From Camelus dromedarius (Eukaryota), in the NCBI RefSeq assembly GCF_036321535.1, contig NC_087439.1, positions 40,982,001 to 41,046,000 of the forward strand: a stretch of 64,000 nucleotides of DNA, given 5' to 3'. The notes beneath the pieces are model-generated. The model made no database searches and was not told the DNA's origin. It worked only from the letters and a program-made list of their open reading frames with translations. Positions within the stretch are counted from its first letter, which is position 1. Each line of letters starts with the position of its first letter. Below are positions 36,087 through 50,300 of the stretch, in pieces. A program made the position numbers and the translations under genes.

Positions 36087-37529
36087 CTAAAATAAAAACA
36101 AAACACAGAGCATAAAATACATGTATTTTAAAAATAACTCGCTCATATGATCTATTTAATAAAAACACAAATGTGTGTATATGTTTTTCACATCTAGGGA
36201 AAAAAAGCATCAAAATGTTAATTGTCAGTTTACTAGGGATGATGGAGTTAATTTTTTTTTTTGCCTTTTTTAATCAGCATATTTTGTTTGTTTTCTACAA
36301 TATGCCTGCATCACTTGGCAATACAAAGAAACATGATCACAAAGAGATTAGATACTGGCCTTCATTAAATTCAACTAGTGTGTGTTCACCATAGAAAAGC
36401 AAAAGTATAGCATTTTCTCTGATCTGACAAATTATAAAAACCCTTACTGTCTCAGGATGGAGATCAGTATCTCATTCCACACCTCATAATAGCTCTTACT
36501 TTTGTACCATTCACTCTATTATTTTCCAACCAAGCGAATTCTGCCTCTCTATCCAGATAAACTCTACCTATCCTTCAAAGTCTAGCTGAAACCACCCTCC
36601 TCCCACCCCTCCATATTGAGTGTCTCCTTATGTGGCACATACAGCAGATTCCTCAAATGTAACATTTTCTTCCATTTCTCCCCCTGGGTACCAGTTTCAT
36701 CTCTCTGCCTATGTTTATTACTCCCTGTAAGAAAGATGTATGCTGTGTTTCCCACTGTGCTTAGCAATGAACAATGAACTGTGATTGGTTATTTGATAAA
36801 TTATGTTTGTTTCAATTAAAAATGTTATAAATAATTATTCCAATAAATAAGTTTGTCACTTACTAGGACAACCCCTTCACTAATTTATAACAAAACAGTA
36901 GTAGGCATTCTTTAAAAAGTCACATGGGCTAATTCAGTGATTTGATGGGTTGAAAAAAATGAGACATGATGAACATAAAGTAACTATAAGTAAGGATATG
37001 GACTTTTTTTAAGTATTGAAAATTAGAGCTTTTAATTATTTATTTCATAATTGGAGGTTTGTACCTCGTAATCCCCTTCACCTATTTTTGCCCACCCCCC
37101 GCTTGCTTCTGGGAGAACAAATACTCCTGCTTTATATTCAGAAGATATAAATTTTAATTTCTCCGTCTTCCCTCTCCTAGGCAAAAATATAAACCAAGCA
37201 AGATAAAAGGACTTCTTTGTAAGTAAATATGTAACATCCAGCCATTCAGTACTTTCAAAATTTAAGGTCTCACAAATCTAAGCATTTTTGTGCACTCAGC
37301 ATCATGAAAAAGCAGAAACAAGTTTCCTACATTGCACATTAACTTACTAAACTAATAGGCCTCTAGTTTTTAGGACTATAAACTACATAGCTATATTATG
37401 CTTCAGAAAAAATTTATTTTACAATAGTGACAAAAATGAACTTTTGTAAGTGTTTGAATATATATGTTTATAAAATCTATATGAAGAAAAACTTTATCCA
37501 ATTTCTAAATGTTTTTAATCTGCCAAAAC

Positions 37530-37950
37530 TGACCACTCATCTATTCAACCAATATTTATCCTATAACAACAATCATGTAGCAGATTCAGTTAAACACTGG
37601 AGATGTAAAGACAGCAAGACCGGTTCTCCTACCCAAAAAGGACTGACAGATACATACAAAATTAGAATAATGTTTGATGATTGTTCCAATATAGGAACAC
37701 AGATGGTATAGCTGAAGCTCATAGGAAGAGAAACTCCCTGGAATCCAGAAGTGTTTTACAGATGGGAAACATGAGTTGGGTTTGGGGGAATGAATAGAAA
37801 CTCACAGGGAAAGACAAGAAATAATTGATATTTTAGGCAGAGGAAAGCAAATCGAGCCATGAAAGTGGTCCTTCTTAGGATTGAAGAGTTGGGTGAAATT
37901 CCACAGTGAAGTCAAAGGAGAAGAGAAATCAGTGAATCAATTTAAAAGCT
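37530..37950 (-). mobile_element. L2 3' fragment
   Basis: Starts with the antisense L2 tail cactcatctattcaaccaatatttat. Confidence 0.6.
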
Positions 37951-37959
37951 TTCATAAAT

Positions 37960-38146
37960 AAGAGAATTCAGTAAGGTGGCTTGGTACACGTGCCAACGTC
38001 AATAGCTATGTAAACATAAGCAAAAACCAGTCAAAGTATAATGAAAGAAAAAAACTTCTTCCACAGTAGCAACACAAATGAATTTTTTAAATTGTTACAA
38101 TAAATATAACAAGAATTTTATAAAATCTATATGAAGAAAATCTTAA
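37960..38146 (+). mobile_element. Degenerate L1 ORF2 (RT region) fragment
   Basis: gagaattcagtaaggtggcttggtac...acagtagcaacac...aaatctatatgaagaaaa resembles the L1 ORF2 segment EFSKVAGYKIN...DLYEEN. Confidence 0.5.
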
Positions 38147-38149
38147 ATG

Positions 38150-39005
38150 CCAAATATTCAGCTTGGATCTCTCCCTTCAACTCCAGATTTGTAAACCCAA
38201 CGCCTACTTGACATCTGGACTCAGATGACTAACTGGAATCTCCAATTTAATTTAACTTCCAATTCCTCTTCCCTACTTTTCCAAACCACATTTTTTCCTC
38301 TCCAAATCTTCCCATCTCAGTAAATCATAATTCTTTCAGTTGCTTGGGCCAAAAATCTCCTCTCTCACACACATCCAATCCAATCCATTTGACAAGTCTG
38401 CCAGCTCTATATTATAAATAGACCCAGAACCCACTGACAACTTTGATTTACCAAACACCTCTGTTCAAGCTGCTGACCTGTCTTCCTCCTCCCAGCCTTG
38501 TCACTTTACACTCCGTTCTCAACACAGCAGCTGGAGTGATCCTCTTAAAATGGTAAGTCTGATCACCGAACTTCCTTTCCCACCTTCCACTGGCTTCTGA
38601 CCTCACCCAAAATAAGTCTAGAGTTTTACAATCCATCCTCACTTACCTCTAGACTCTCCAGTCTCCTCTCTCCCACTTTCTCCCTGGGCTCACTGCACTC
38701 CAATCCTATGAACTCTTGTCTTTTCCTTGAACACTCTCAGAACAATCCTGACTCAGGTCCCCTCTACAGGGTCTGCTCCAGGCCTTAAGAAAACACCTCT
38801 GTTTCTCTGCTTTACTTTTGCCTGAGGGCTTATCAGCAACTGACATATTTGTTTATCACATCTCCTTCCATTAGAGTAATTGATCCCATAAGTATAGGGA
38901 CTCGTCCCCACTGCCCAGTGTCACACGTTTGCTAATGTGTAGAATCTCTGGAACAATGTCTGCCACATAGCAGGCACTCATATTTAATGAATGAATGAAT
39001 TTAAT
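38150..39005 (+). mobile_element. L2 3' fragment
   Basis: Pyrimidine-rich L2 body ending gcactcatatttaatgaatgaatgaat. Confidence 0.75.
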
Positions 39006-42000
39006 GAATACTTCCCACAAAAATGAGCTACTTAAGCATATAACTGGGAAGGAAAAAAGTTCTTACCACCACGCTACATATGGATTGCCTGTATTAGATT
39101 TTAGAAATGAATGTATTATGTTTTATTTTTATTTTATTTTACACTGGATTTATTAGCAAAGGATAATTGGGAACCTCAGGACTTTAGAAGAGTTTCATGG
39201 GAAAGGTCAGAAGACAAGCCCAAGTGCCGCGTGCAGGGAGGTAAAGCATCAAGAGCAACTTGCCCACGGGGGACTTGGCTTTCAGGAGGAGTGGCACCAT
39301 GGAAGGTCTGACAGGCACTCCTGCTGCCACCGTCACCTTCCCGCCCCCTGCTTCCATCATCGGAGGCATCTTCCCATTTCCAAGTGTTGCTCCTCTTTGA
39401 ATGCCCTCCCCATCCTCTCTGCCTTTACACATATTATCTAACCCTCAAGGTCCAGATCGAATCACAGTTCCCTAGGACATTTTCCCTGTCTACTGCAGAC
39501 TGCAACAAACAGTTTTAATGTTCTATGTATGTATGACTGTCTTACTTCCTAAAGTACTTTGAGTCTATGCTGAAAACCCACCTTAAATTACTTAAGATAA
39601 GCCAACTTAAAAAAAAAAAAGGAAAGCAGAACAAAGCACAAGTTGAAATATTATTTACATAGAACTACTGGGAACAGCTTAGTGTTCCCCATTACTTTAA
39701 ATAATAAAGCATTTGTCATCTTTGGTCCTGAAATTTGGAAAGCATAGTGGGTATTAGCCTAAGATCCTTCCATGATGAATTAGAAACCCAACAGTCAAAA
39801 TGCAATGTGTAAGTAAGTAAACATCAAACACAAAGCAAGGAAAGAAGTGGCGTAAAACTGATGGGTAACCTTGAAATTTCAGAGCAATGAGAGCAAGTTG
39901 AAATGAGCTCTGTGGGGGAGTGAGGCAGGTACGGAGTTACACTTCAAAGAGAAGAGATATGTGACTCAGTTCTTCAAAGAAAAGAAGTATTTAGGCAGAG
40001 AGAGCCTGTAGGATCATTTATAAATTGGTTTCCAACTGTGATCTATTTACATTAAATTCAGGAATGTGTCTATCTAGTTAAAGTTTGTTTACTACATTGT
40101 GTAGTCTAGTAAAGAGAATACCAGGCAGAGGCCTGGATTGGGCCTGAATCCCAAGTACCTTTAAGACTTTGTTAACTTATTTGACCTTTTACTCACCAGC
40201 AAAATCTTTAAAATGCCTTTTACCTACCCACATCTTTACCAATACTTGAAGTTTTTTTGGTTGAGATGCTTTGAAGCAGTAACAAAATCACATATCACCC
40301 AAAGCCAAAGATATTGTGAAAGTAATCAAAGTTTTTAACAATCTAAATGCAGGAAATTCGGGTAATGAAATGTAAGAAATCAACATGCAATAACAACTAC
40401 AATTTATGGATTAAGAATACTAGTTTTCATTAATATATTAAAATCACAGTGACCACCATTGAAGTGCCCCACCCCTTATAAATAGGAATGATGTTTGAGC
40501 CAGTTTTCTACTCAAGGGATTTTCACATAAGCTCTTCTTCACCAGTAGCCCAGTTTGACTCAGTTTCTGCTCCTCAGAGGCCACTACCTTCAACAGTAAC
40601 AACAGCAAATTTTACACAAGGGTGGTGGAGAGAAGGTTAAACTGAAGATATTTGGGACAGAAAACATTTCTGTATCAAGGCAAAAATTCATTCATCAACC
40701 CTTAAAAATTACAAGCCACACTAAATTACTGCTTAAGTAAAGCACTGTTTCGTTCATTAAAATTGTCAACATTATACTCCACTTTCATCATGAAAATTAA
40801 GGTACATTTTCATATTATGCACTATTGTAAAAATACCCAAATTTAACTTTAACACAAAATTCAAATGGTATCCTGCTACTACTACTGATTTTTTTTTAAC
40901 CACTTGATTTACAAAGCACTTCAAAATCATGTGTCCATTGTTATCACTACTCCATCCCTGTCAATATTAATATCCTTAAATTAAATGAAAAGGGATAAAA
41001 CAGAAGCTCAGCAAAACAACAGAAATCTACTCAAATACCTCTTCTTAGCTTGAAAGGAAAAAGCTTTCAATTGTACATGAGGTATACTTGCATCCTTAAT
41101 AAGCCACTCAAGTCCAGTGGGATCTCATCTGTTTGCTATATTTATGTCATATCCCTACAGATTCAGAGAACTACTACACAAAAATACCACTTTGATATTA
41201 AAGACAAAATATAAGAATGGAATTATAATTCTTAAGACAATAGGTTTTTAAAGTATTACATTCTAATGACTGGAAGGAAATTTAACAGCCACCCCCTCTC
41301 AGGGCAGAGGGCTCTCAAACATTAGATGCACTGTGGTCAGTGTTGAGGAAGCGGTCCTTCTGGCAATGCTTTCATGGCCCCTAATCTATCCATTTCAACA
41401 ATAAAGTAGAGACCGATATCTCAAAACGATTTCTGAGAGTCTCTTTCTGGGTTTAATGAAACAAGAGAAAATTTTATTAAACAAAAATTTGCTCCAGTGG
41501 TAGGCATAACATTGTGCTACATGCCTGAAGGTATGCAAGTAAGAACAAAAGGTCCCTTTTCTGGATGAGCCTTATATCTAATCAGAATGAATATATATAC
41601 AGTAGCCTTAAAAGTTAAGCAGTAATGAAAGGCAATGAGGGGAGACCCAAGGCATTATTTGACTCTCAACAGAGATTTCTCTTGTCAAGGTCACCAATCA
41701 CCTATGTGCCCAAATCTAACAGACAAATTGTACATCTTGTCTGGGTCACATTTGAGTTAAGTTCCTAAATTCCAACAAGGACACATTTCACTGCTGCTCA
41801 AGCCCTCTGCTGGGGATTCTCTTCCCTTGGCTTCTTTGTGTGACAGTACAACCTGCTGTTTTCTTCCTTTCTCACTGCCACTCTTCAGTCTCAATGCCCT
41901 CATCTCCTTGCCTGATTTTTAAATGTTGGGGCACCCCAGGGCTCCTTGTCTGCTCCTTTCTCTTCTCTTTCTACAATCCTCACCCCCATGTAATCTCATG

Positions 42001-42599
42001 AAACTCCATGGCTTTAAACACCAACTATAAGACTTAAATTCACGTCTCCAACCTGACCTGTTTATTGAGCTCTGTCTTACATGCCCCAAAATCTCATGGT
42101 CTTCTCCATCTGAATGTCCCATAGGCATCTCACAATCAGAACTCTTGATTCTCCTCTTTACATCCAATCCCCAAACGCATCCAAACCTCCCCCAGTATTT
42201 CCCATTCCTGCAAACGGTTCCCCACTAACCATCCTGTTACCTCAAGCAAACATCCTAGGTATATTTTGATGCCTCTCTGTCCCTATCTCCTATTCCCCGT
42301 CATCAAGTCCTGTGAGATTTTAACTCTAAAGCATATCCTGACTGTGTGCTTTTCACCAGCTCCTCTGCTACCACCCTGGCAATTAAGCCGTCATCTCTTG
42401 CTTGGATTGCGCCTGACTGGTCTCTCCCACTTCTCCTCTTGTCCCTCAAGACCTGTTCTTCTCTGCAGCAGTCAAGAGGGATCTTTTAAAAATGTCAGTC
42501 AGATCACATCACATCCCTGATGCTTCACTTGTCCCTCATTGCTTTGAGAATAAAACCCGAATCCCATCCCTGGTTTGCAAAGCCCTAGATGAGCCAGCC

Positions 42600-42783
42600 T
42601 GGTGATTCTCAAAGTCAGATTTCACAGCAGCAGCAGCAGCACCTGGGTCCTTGTTAGAAATGCAAATTCTCAGGCCACACCCCAGGCCTAAATAATCAGA
42701 AACACCGGAAATGGAGACCTGCAATTCACCTCTGATAACTCTCCAAGTGACTCTGATGTACACTAAAGCCTAAGAGATCACTG
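42600..42783 (+). mobile_element. MER5A (hAT-Charlie), full length
   Basis: Consensus-like body (ttgttagaaatgcaaattctcaggccacacc...). Perfect 8-bp TSD agccagcc (42592-42599 / 42784-42791). Confidence 0.9.
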
Positions 42784-43058
42784 AGCCAGCCCCCGCCAAC
42801 ATCTGAGCGTCCCTCTAATGACTCAGCTTCAACTCTGCATGTAATTCACACGGGCATTCTGTCCCTTCCTGAAACAGCAGGTTCCTCTGCATCTGAGGGT
42901 CATGCAGAGCTGCTCCCTCAGCCCGCATGCCTTTAACCAAAGAACTTCAAACGCCTGCTCCTTCAGCTCAGACTTCAGATCCAGTATTTCTCCTCATGCA
43001 GGTATTCTCTGACCACTCAAAAGCAGTGCCAGCACTCACCGCCACCCATCTCTTCACC

Positions 43059-43228
43059 CAGTGGTGCTCAAATCTGGCTACACAATGGACTCCCTTGCAG
43101 AGTCTTACAAAATGCTGAGGCCCAGGTCCCACTCCCAGAAATTTTGAGTTAACCAGCTGTGGGTTTGGCTTTTTATTTTTCAATCTCTCCAAGTGATTCT
43201 AAAGTGCAGCCAAGTTTGAGAACCACTG
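43059..43228. mobile_element. MER5B-type element
   Basis: TIRs cagtggtgctcaaa / tttgagaaccactg. Confidence 0.8.
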
Positions 43229-44709
43229 GTCCAGCATGACACCTGATGGACAGTAGGCATTCCATTAGAGTTAATTATTTACTTTCCTAAGAAATTTTGT
43301 AAACTCTGAAACACTGTCTGAAGGTTGCTACTTAGGTCAATCAAGTTCGTGTAAATTCAGGAAGGTCTCAGAATCCTTGACTATAACAAATCTTAAAAGT
43401 AGTCCAGAGTTTACTAATAACTTTTCTAAATTTAAATCCCCATTATATTTTTACTTTCTTTTATCTAAGAAGGAAATTCCTTATGAAAGGAAGGAAAACA
43501 AATTTCCCTTGTTACTTTTCAGAGTTATATAATTTACTTACAGAAAAATGTACAAATATAAGTGAATATATTTTTACATATGTATATACACACTCAAGGA
43601 ACCTGCCCACAGACGAAGATATAGAGTAGGAAAATGTACCTATAAATTAAAAATTAAATTTCTCACATCTGTCTTATAAACGTTGCTGCAATTTCAGCTT
43701 GTCTCTGGGCTTTCCTAAGTATCTTAAGTGGGTTGTTTATTTTATTCAGAGTTAAGAAAGTCAAACATCAACAAGAGGAAAATGAGGAAAGCCTTCAGTA
43801 GAAATAAGCATATCAAAGGAGATAAAAAAATTTCATCAAAACAAATGAGCAAAGTTGACAAAACAGACTTGAAAGCAATATAAACAATGAGTCATGAGAC
43901 AGTCAACAACTGGGCACCCACTGTGTGCTCAGTGCTGTAGAAAGAATCTGGGTAGATTAAAGAAATACCACATGCGGTCCTCTAATGTCAGTAGCTTAAA
44001 AATGAAATGAGTCCGTTCAAACCATTTCAAAGATGTCCTAAACAGACCCCACAAAAACTAAATTAACTGAATGTTTATCTAGTTCCAGGACCTGTGCAAA
44101 TGTTTTACACAGATAATCTTTTAACAAGTGCTTGCGTTAAAAAATATTTATCTTATTGAATTCATAAACATTTATAGAGATTAGCAAATTTCTCTCAAAA
44201 ACAAACTGAAACTCCAAAACCATGACCCAGCAGAGCTCAGTTGCCACCACATTCACTGTGTGCAGAGCCTTCTGCCCAGTAAGTAATAAATGGCAGTAGC
44301 AACTGCACTCGGCATCATCTACTGAAAGCTTCCTCTGAACTTTCTATTTGATGCCTTGCAGACAATGTATATGGGAAAGCCAGTGCAGTTTATGAAAATT
44401 AGTCTGAAAAGGTAAGAAATATGATTTACAATACAATTCAAACATTCAAAAATGAATAACACACATACAGGGCGAGAGAACTGCAGAACTTCTTGGGCTT
44501 CTTTTTTCTTTGGCACATAAAAATTAAGTATAAAAAGCTTTATAAAGATATATTTCCACTTTTTCAAATGAGGTTAAATATGTATTAAATTTAAGACAAA
44601 AAAAGTCATCCACAATTGTTTTACTCAGTATGCTCTCTGAAAACATGAAAGAATAAATGTAAAGAAAGACATTTTCACCCCTAAAAGGAAGTTAACATGT
44701 TCTTAGTTT

Positions 44710-45310
44710 GCAACCCAGATGTCCTTCAGTAGGTCAATGGACAAATAAACTATGGTACATCCAGACAATGGAATATTATTCCATTATTTCCATTTTTCCA
44801 CTATAAAAGAAATAAGCTATCAAGCCATAAAAAAAAAATGGAGGAATCTTAAATGCATATTACTATGTGCAAGAAGCCATCTGAAAAGGCTGCATATTGG
44901 ACAATTCCAACTATATTATGTTCTGGAAAAAGTGAAAATATGGAGACACTAAAAAGACCAGGGGTTGCCAGGAGTTGGAGGGAGGGATAGGTGGAACATG
45001 AAGGATTTTTAGAGCAGTGAAAATATCTTATATGACACTATAAAGATGAATACATATCATTATCTATTTGTCCAAACCTGAAGAATGTACAACATCGAGT
45101 GATGACTGGTGTAAACAATAGACTTTGGGTGTTTATGATTTGTCCGTGCAGGTTCATCAACTGTGACAAATGTACCACTCTGGGGGGATACTGATACTGT
45201 GGGAGGCTATGCAAACGTGGGGGGAGGGTATATATGAAATCTCTGTATCTTCTGCTCAGTTTTGCTGTGAACCTAAAATTAATTGCTCTAAAAACATTTT
45301 CTTTAAAAAA
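44710..45310 (+). mobile_element. L1MC-type 3' UTR
   Basis: caacccagatgtccttcagtagg...caggttcatcaactgtgacaaatgtaccactctg...tctctgtatcttctgctcagttttgctgtgaacctaaaa. Confidence 0.8.
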
Positions 45311-45779
45311 AGTTCTTAGTTGGGATGCTTTTTTCAGTTTTCAAAAGAATGCTAGGTAAGGAACTATATAAAACATTAAATGTGGATGTTATAATTATTA
45401 AAATATATGTACATATGCATATTAAATGGTGGGAATGTATATGTCAGCCAAGCAAGCATACTGGTACATTAACCAACCAAAAAATGAAAGCAAAAGTTGC
45501 TTTCAAGTCACAATCTCAATAATCTACTTTCCAAAATGTACTTTGGTAAATACTAAACAGCATTTAATCATTAGTCTCTGTAAAGTTTAAATCGATGTTG
45601 GGGAGTGGTGTGAGTTGGAGTAAACCATATTCAAAAGCATAACATTCACTGCATGTGGATAAAGAAAACTCCTTGACATAACTTTTCCAAATCAATTTTC
45701 CTAGCTACAAGTTTTGTTAAACACTGGCTAGAAAAACTACTTGGAGATAATGTCTCAGAGTTTAGAAATATTAAAATCT

Positions 45780-47125
45780 AAACTAATACTTTATACAAAA
45801 ATTAACCTAAAGTTGATCTAAATGTAAAACAAACGTAAAATGTTTAGATCAAAACATAGGAGAAAACCCTTGGGACCAAGGCTTAGGCAAAAGGATCTCA
45901 GACATGACACCAAAGACATAATTAGTAAGATTTTTAAAAATATCAATAAACTGAACTTCAGCAAAAATTAAAACCTTTTGCTCTGTGAAAGACCCAGTTA
46001 AAAGGATTAAAAAGACAAGACACACACCGGGAGAAAATATTTGTGAGTAACACAGTTAACAAAAAGACTTATATCCAGAATATAGAGAGAACCTTCTAAA
46101 CTCAATAGTAAGAAAACAAAGAATCCATTTATAAAATGGGCAAAGGTTTGAACTCTTTACCAAAGAGGATATAAGAATGGTAAATAGGCACATGAAAAAA
46201 TGTTCAACAGCATTATCCATTTAGGGAAATGCAAATTAAAGCTATCATGAGATACCGCCACACACCTAAATCAAAAACTACTGATAGTATCAAGTGCAGA
46301 CAAGAATGTGGAGAAACTAGATCTCTCATTTGTGGCTTATATAAGGTGAATGCAAAATGGTACAGTCACTTTGGGAAACAGTTTGTCAGTATAATATGAA
46401 GTTAAACATACACAAACTATACAACCTAGCAATCTACTCCTGGGTATTTACATGAGAGAAATGAAATTTTATGTTCACACAAACCTGTACATGAATGTTT
46501 ACTGCAGCTCTCTTCATAACAAACCCAAATAGGGAACAACCCAAATGTGCTCCAAAATGAGAATGAGAAAACTGTGATGCATCTGTGCAATGGAATACTA
46601 CTCAGCAATAAAAAGTAAGCCTTGATACACTCAACACCTTAGATGATCTCAAGGGGATTATGCTGAGGGAAAGAAGCCAGTCTCAAAAGGTTACATACTA
46701 TATGGTTCCATTTACATGAGTCCCAAAGTGACAAACTTACAGTCTTAGAAAACAGATCACTGGCTGCCAGGGTTGGAGGCAGGGTGTAATTAGTAAGGTA
46801 ACGTAAGGGATCCTTTGTGATAACGCAACAGTTCTGTATTCTGATTGTGGGAAGTCACACAAATCTACACATGTAATAAAATTCCATAGAATTATAAATC
46901 AAAACAAATTTTTAAAAGATACTGAATGCATGTAAAAGCTGCTGAAGTCTGAATAAGGTCAGTACCTCAGTTAACACTATTATACCAAATTCACTTCCCT
47001 GGTTTTGATAACGTACTACAGTTATGTAAGACATTCTTATTGGGGGAAGCTTGGGCAAAGGCAGAGGGAAACGTTCTGCACTGTTTTTGCAACTTCTTCC
47101 AAATCAAACTATTTAAAAATTTAAA
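45780..47125 (+). mobile_element. L1MD-type fragment: ORF2 3' end plus 3' UTR
   Basis: aaaacataggagaaaaccct...gacatgacaccaaag...catttagggaaatgcaaattaaagctatcatgagatacc...ttttgcaacttctt. Confidence 0.8.
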
Positions 47126-47152
47126 AACTTACTATAAAAATATATCTTAAAG

Positions 47153-47312
47153 TAGTGATTCTCAAAATTAGATGGGCATTAGAATCACGTTTGGGTGATT
47201 CTAAATCACACTTGGGTGGCCCCACACTATACCTTTTTAAATAGAATCTGCATACGGGGTCCAGGTGATATATACTGGTGATCCAGTACATATAAACAGT
47301 TTGAGACCCAGT
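47153..47312. mobile_element. MER5-type element
   Basis: Degenerate TIRs tagtgattctcaaa / tttgagacccagtg and the internal gcattagaatcac. Confidence 0.65.
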
Positions 47313-50300
47313 GGACCAAAACAAAGGCAAAGGTACTGGAAAGAAAAATGATGATTGCCATCAATGTATATTATTCCATTTGATGGCTAATTGCTAAAGA
47401 ATCTATACAGAACCGCATTCACAGACTATCTTACTGAACCAAGAGGCTCTCATTTATACTCAGTGAAAGACATACAAATGAAAATAATTCTTAATCTATT
47501 TGAAAATCTATTTTGAAAATATCATTATTCATAACACAAATCTGATATATCAATACAGAAGTGAAAATGCTGGTATTAAAAAATAAACCTATGCTATTAA
47601 AACAGAGGCATATAGGGAAAACACATTCTCATTAAGAAACAAAGGTCACATGTTTAAATGTCTACTAAAGGTGCTTACTTGTGCTTCCATGTGAAAACAG
47701 TACTGTCAGCAAACTACACACATAAACATAAGCATTGAGGTATTTGATCTAAAAGCTTCTTTTGTTGGAAAATAAACCATTAAAAGATCAGCCTAGACAT
47801 TACCCTATATACGACAAAATAAGACTTCAAACCCAAGAAGCCTGGCAAGACTTACTTCAGTTATTCCCACCTCAGAGGTCGTTCACTAAGTGACACAACT
47901 CTCAAACCCCAGACCCATGGTTTCTGCATTTATGTTGGGGGTCTCTGTGTCTAACATCTGCTAGTCCCCTTTCACCTTTTCCTCAGGGAGGAATTAAATC
48001 ACAGTTTTCCACTGTCTTCTATCTGTCTTATTACCAGGGGAAATATAACAGAGAATAAATCAAGTTTTAGAACACCTTAGGCTGCTCATTTCTGGAAGAA
48101 TGCTAAACTATCTTAAACAGTTGCTACAAACTCTTAAATGCTAGCTCACTTGCTCTCAGCTCCACAGAAAATTAAGTCTTTTGAATGAAAAATTAGTCAT
48201 TTCCTGATTATGCTCAAATAGTTCAGCTGTTTAATATAATAATTAGCAAACATAATAATTAGCAAAATCTAGAATGTGGATAGTCTACAACTCAGTTCCT
48301 CTAACAAACTGACAATGTGGGGGAAAAGCTGGGCAGAAGGGAGGCAGGTAGGACTTACATAGAGTGAGAGATTTAAGCGACATAACTACCAAAGTAATGT
48401 GTGAAACGGAATCCAATTTGGACAAAGTGACTGTTACAGAAATTTAAATGAAAACTGGATATTAGATGAAACGCAGAAGGAACCATTCATTCTGTTGGGT
48501 ACAATAATACCATGGAAGGTATGTTTAAAAATAAAAGTTATTACTTATACATACATAATAAAACACTTATGAGTAAAATGGCTATGGGTGGGATTTTTCT
48601 TTAAAAGAGAAAAAAAGAAGAAAATGCAGAGAGGGAAGGAGCTAGCTAAAGCAAGAAAGGCAAACATTTTTGAAGCTGGATGACAAGTAATAAATACTCC
48701 CTCCTTTTGTGTTTAAGAATTACTAAAGTAAAACAAAAAAAATCTTATGTTCCATGGTACAACAGAACAAAAAAAAATTGAAAACAGTAACTGAAATAAA
48801 AGAAACTACTAAGGTAATCAAAATATATATTTAGAATATATTTAGATCAAATATATACTAATCTCCTAAATGAAGGTCATTTCTGCTGCCTTTTCATGTG
48901 TAAAATGAGAAGCTTTAGCAAAAAATGTGTGAGGTTTCTTCCACCTTAATATTCGTAGTAAGTGCCTGAAGTAAGTAAAGATCATTTTTCTTTCTAGTAT
49001 CTTTGCACTAACCCTAACCCATTTCAAGCCCTAGGCAATTACTGCCAATTCTCACCAGGCATATGAAAAGTTTAAAGTCATGATTTCCCAAAGTTATTTG
49101 AAGTCACTGGCATTTAAAATTACCACATATTCATGAAAGACCAATAGATACTCAAAAATTATAAGCCACACAGACTATACAAAACACAGCTTCAGACACA
49201 AATTGATTATCCAAGAAACATTTTGATTATAATTAAAACAGCTCGAGGACCACAAGATTCTGCTTTTCCATTAAACCACTCTTCTTTCAATTACAGACCA
49301 AGGGGTTAGTACAAATATTAAATATACAATCACTATAATATAATTAAACATATTTGTTTTAAGACAAGATACAAAGTAGCAATCATTGAAGAGACTAACA
49401 TATCTAACAAAGGAAGGGTAGTTTGTATAATGAAAACACAAAACAACTACATTTAACTTACACTGGATTCACTACCTAAACCCAAGAAAAGATAGGATCC
49501 CTCCGTAAGTACTGCTTACACAACAGTGTGTAGTTCAAAATTGTACTTTTAAACTCACACACAAAACTGCATAAGTATTTTTAGTATTTTCTTATATATT
49601 TAAATTCATTTGGGGAAAGAAATCTGTTGAGTTTTTAAATATGTAAGTAGAATACATATTAATATTATCTTACAGAAAACAGTCTGAGAAGAGTGATTTA
49701 GGATAATGATCAAAAAGGAATGCAAATATACCAAAAACCCTTTAATATTTCTAATCAGTAGGTTACTTTAAAAAGCCATTTAAAGTGAGAAATCAAAAGT
49801 TCAAGTAAACCTTTAGCACTTTATTTTAATTTAAAATAAACAGATATATTTTAACTCATGGATCTCTGATGCAGAGTGAAATTTTTATATTTGAACTGTA
49901 CTCACTGATTGGATTTTCACCTTGTCTTTCTGGCATAAGCAGCACACAAAGGCTCGCCTTCCTTTCCCCTTTTTCTTTCTTTTTTGTTTTTTAAGTGAGC
50001 TAAAGATTTCAAGACACCTGCAAGCAATTTGAATGCAAATTCCTTGATTTTATCATTTTATTTCATTCTTTAGTTCTCTCATTCACATATAATTCAACAG
50101 TACGTCTTTTTTTTGGGGGGGGGGGAGGCACAGGAGGCCTACTCACCAAAGATTCTTTCTGAAGTACTTAACTTTGCTTTTACAGAAACAACTCTCTTAC
50201 TGAATTCAAATCGTATGTTTATAATATTTAGGTAAATTTCATTATTACAATAAGTAATGGTAAAAACAGGCCTTAACAGGTTAGGAAACAGTCAAAACAG

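Larger units (their letters stand above)
41620..43270 (+). mobile_element. Long L2 fragment hosting two MER5 insertions
   Basis: gtcaccaatcacctatgtgcccaaatctaacag...tccaacctgacctgtttattgagctc...cagcagtcaagagggatcttttaaaaatg...cagtaggcattccattag. Confidence 0.75.

Noticed and set aside
50147-50158. 12-nt in-frame microexon (cttcag|AAAGAATCTTTG|gtgagt, minus strand)
   Set aside because: The donor is strong but there is no real pyrimidine tract upstream; likely chance.
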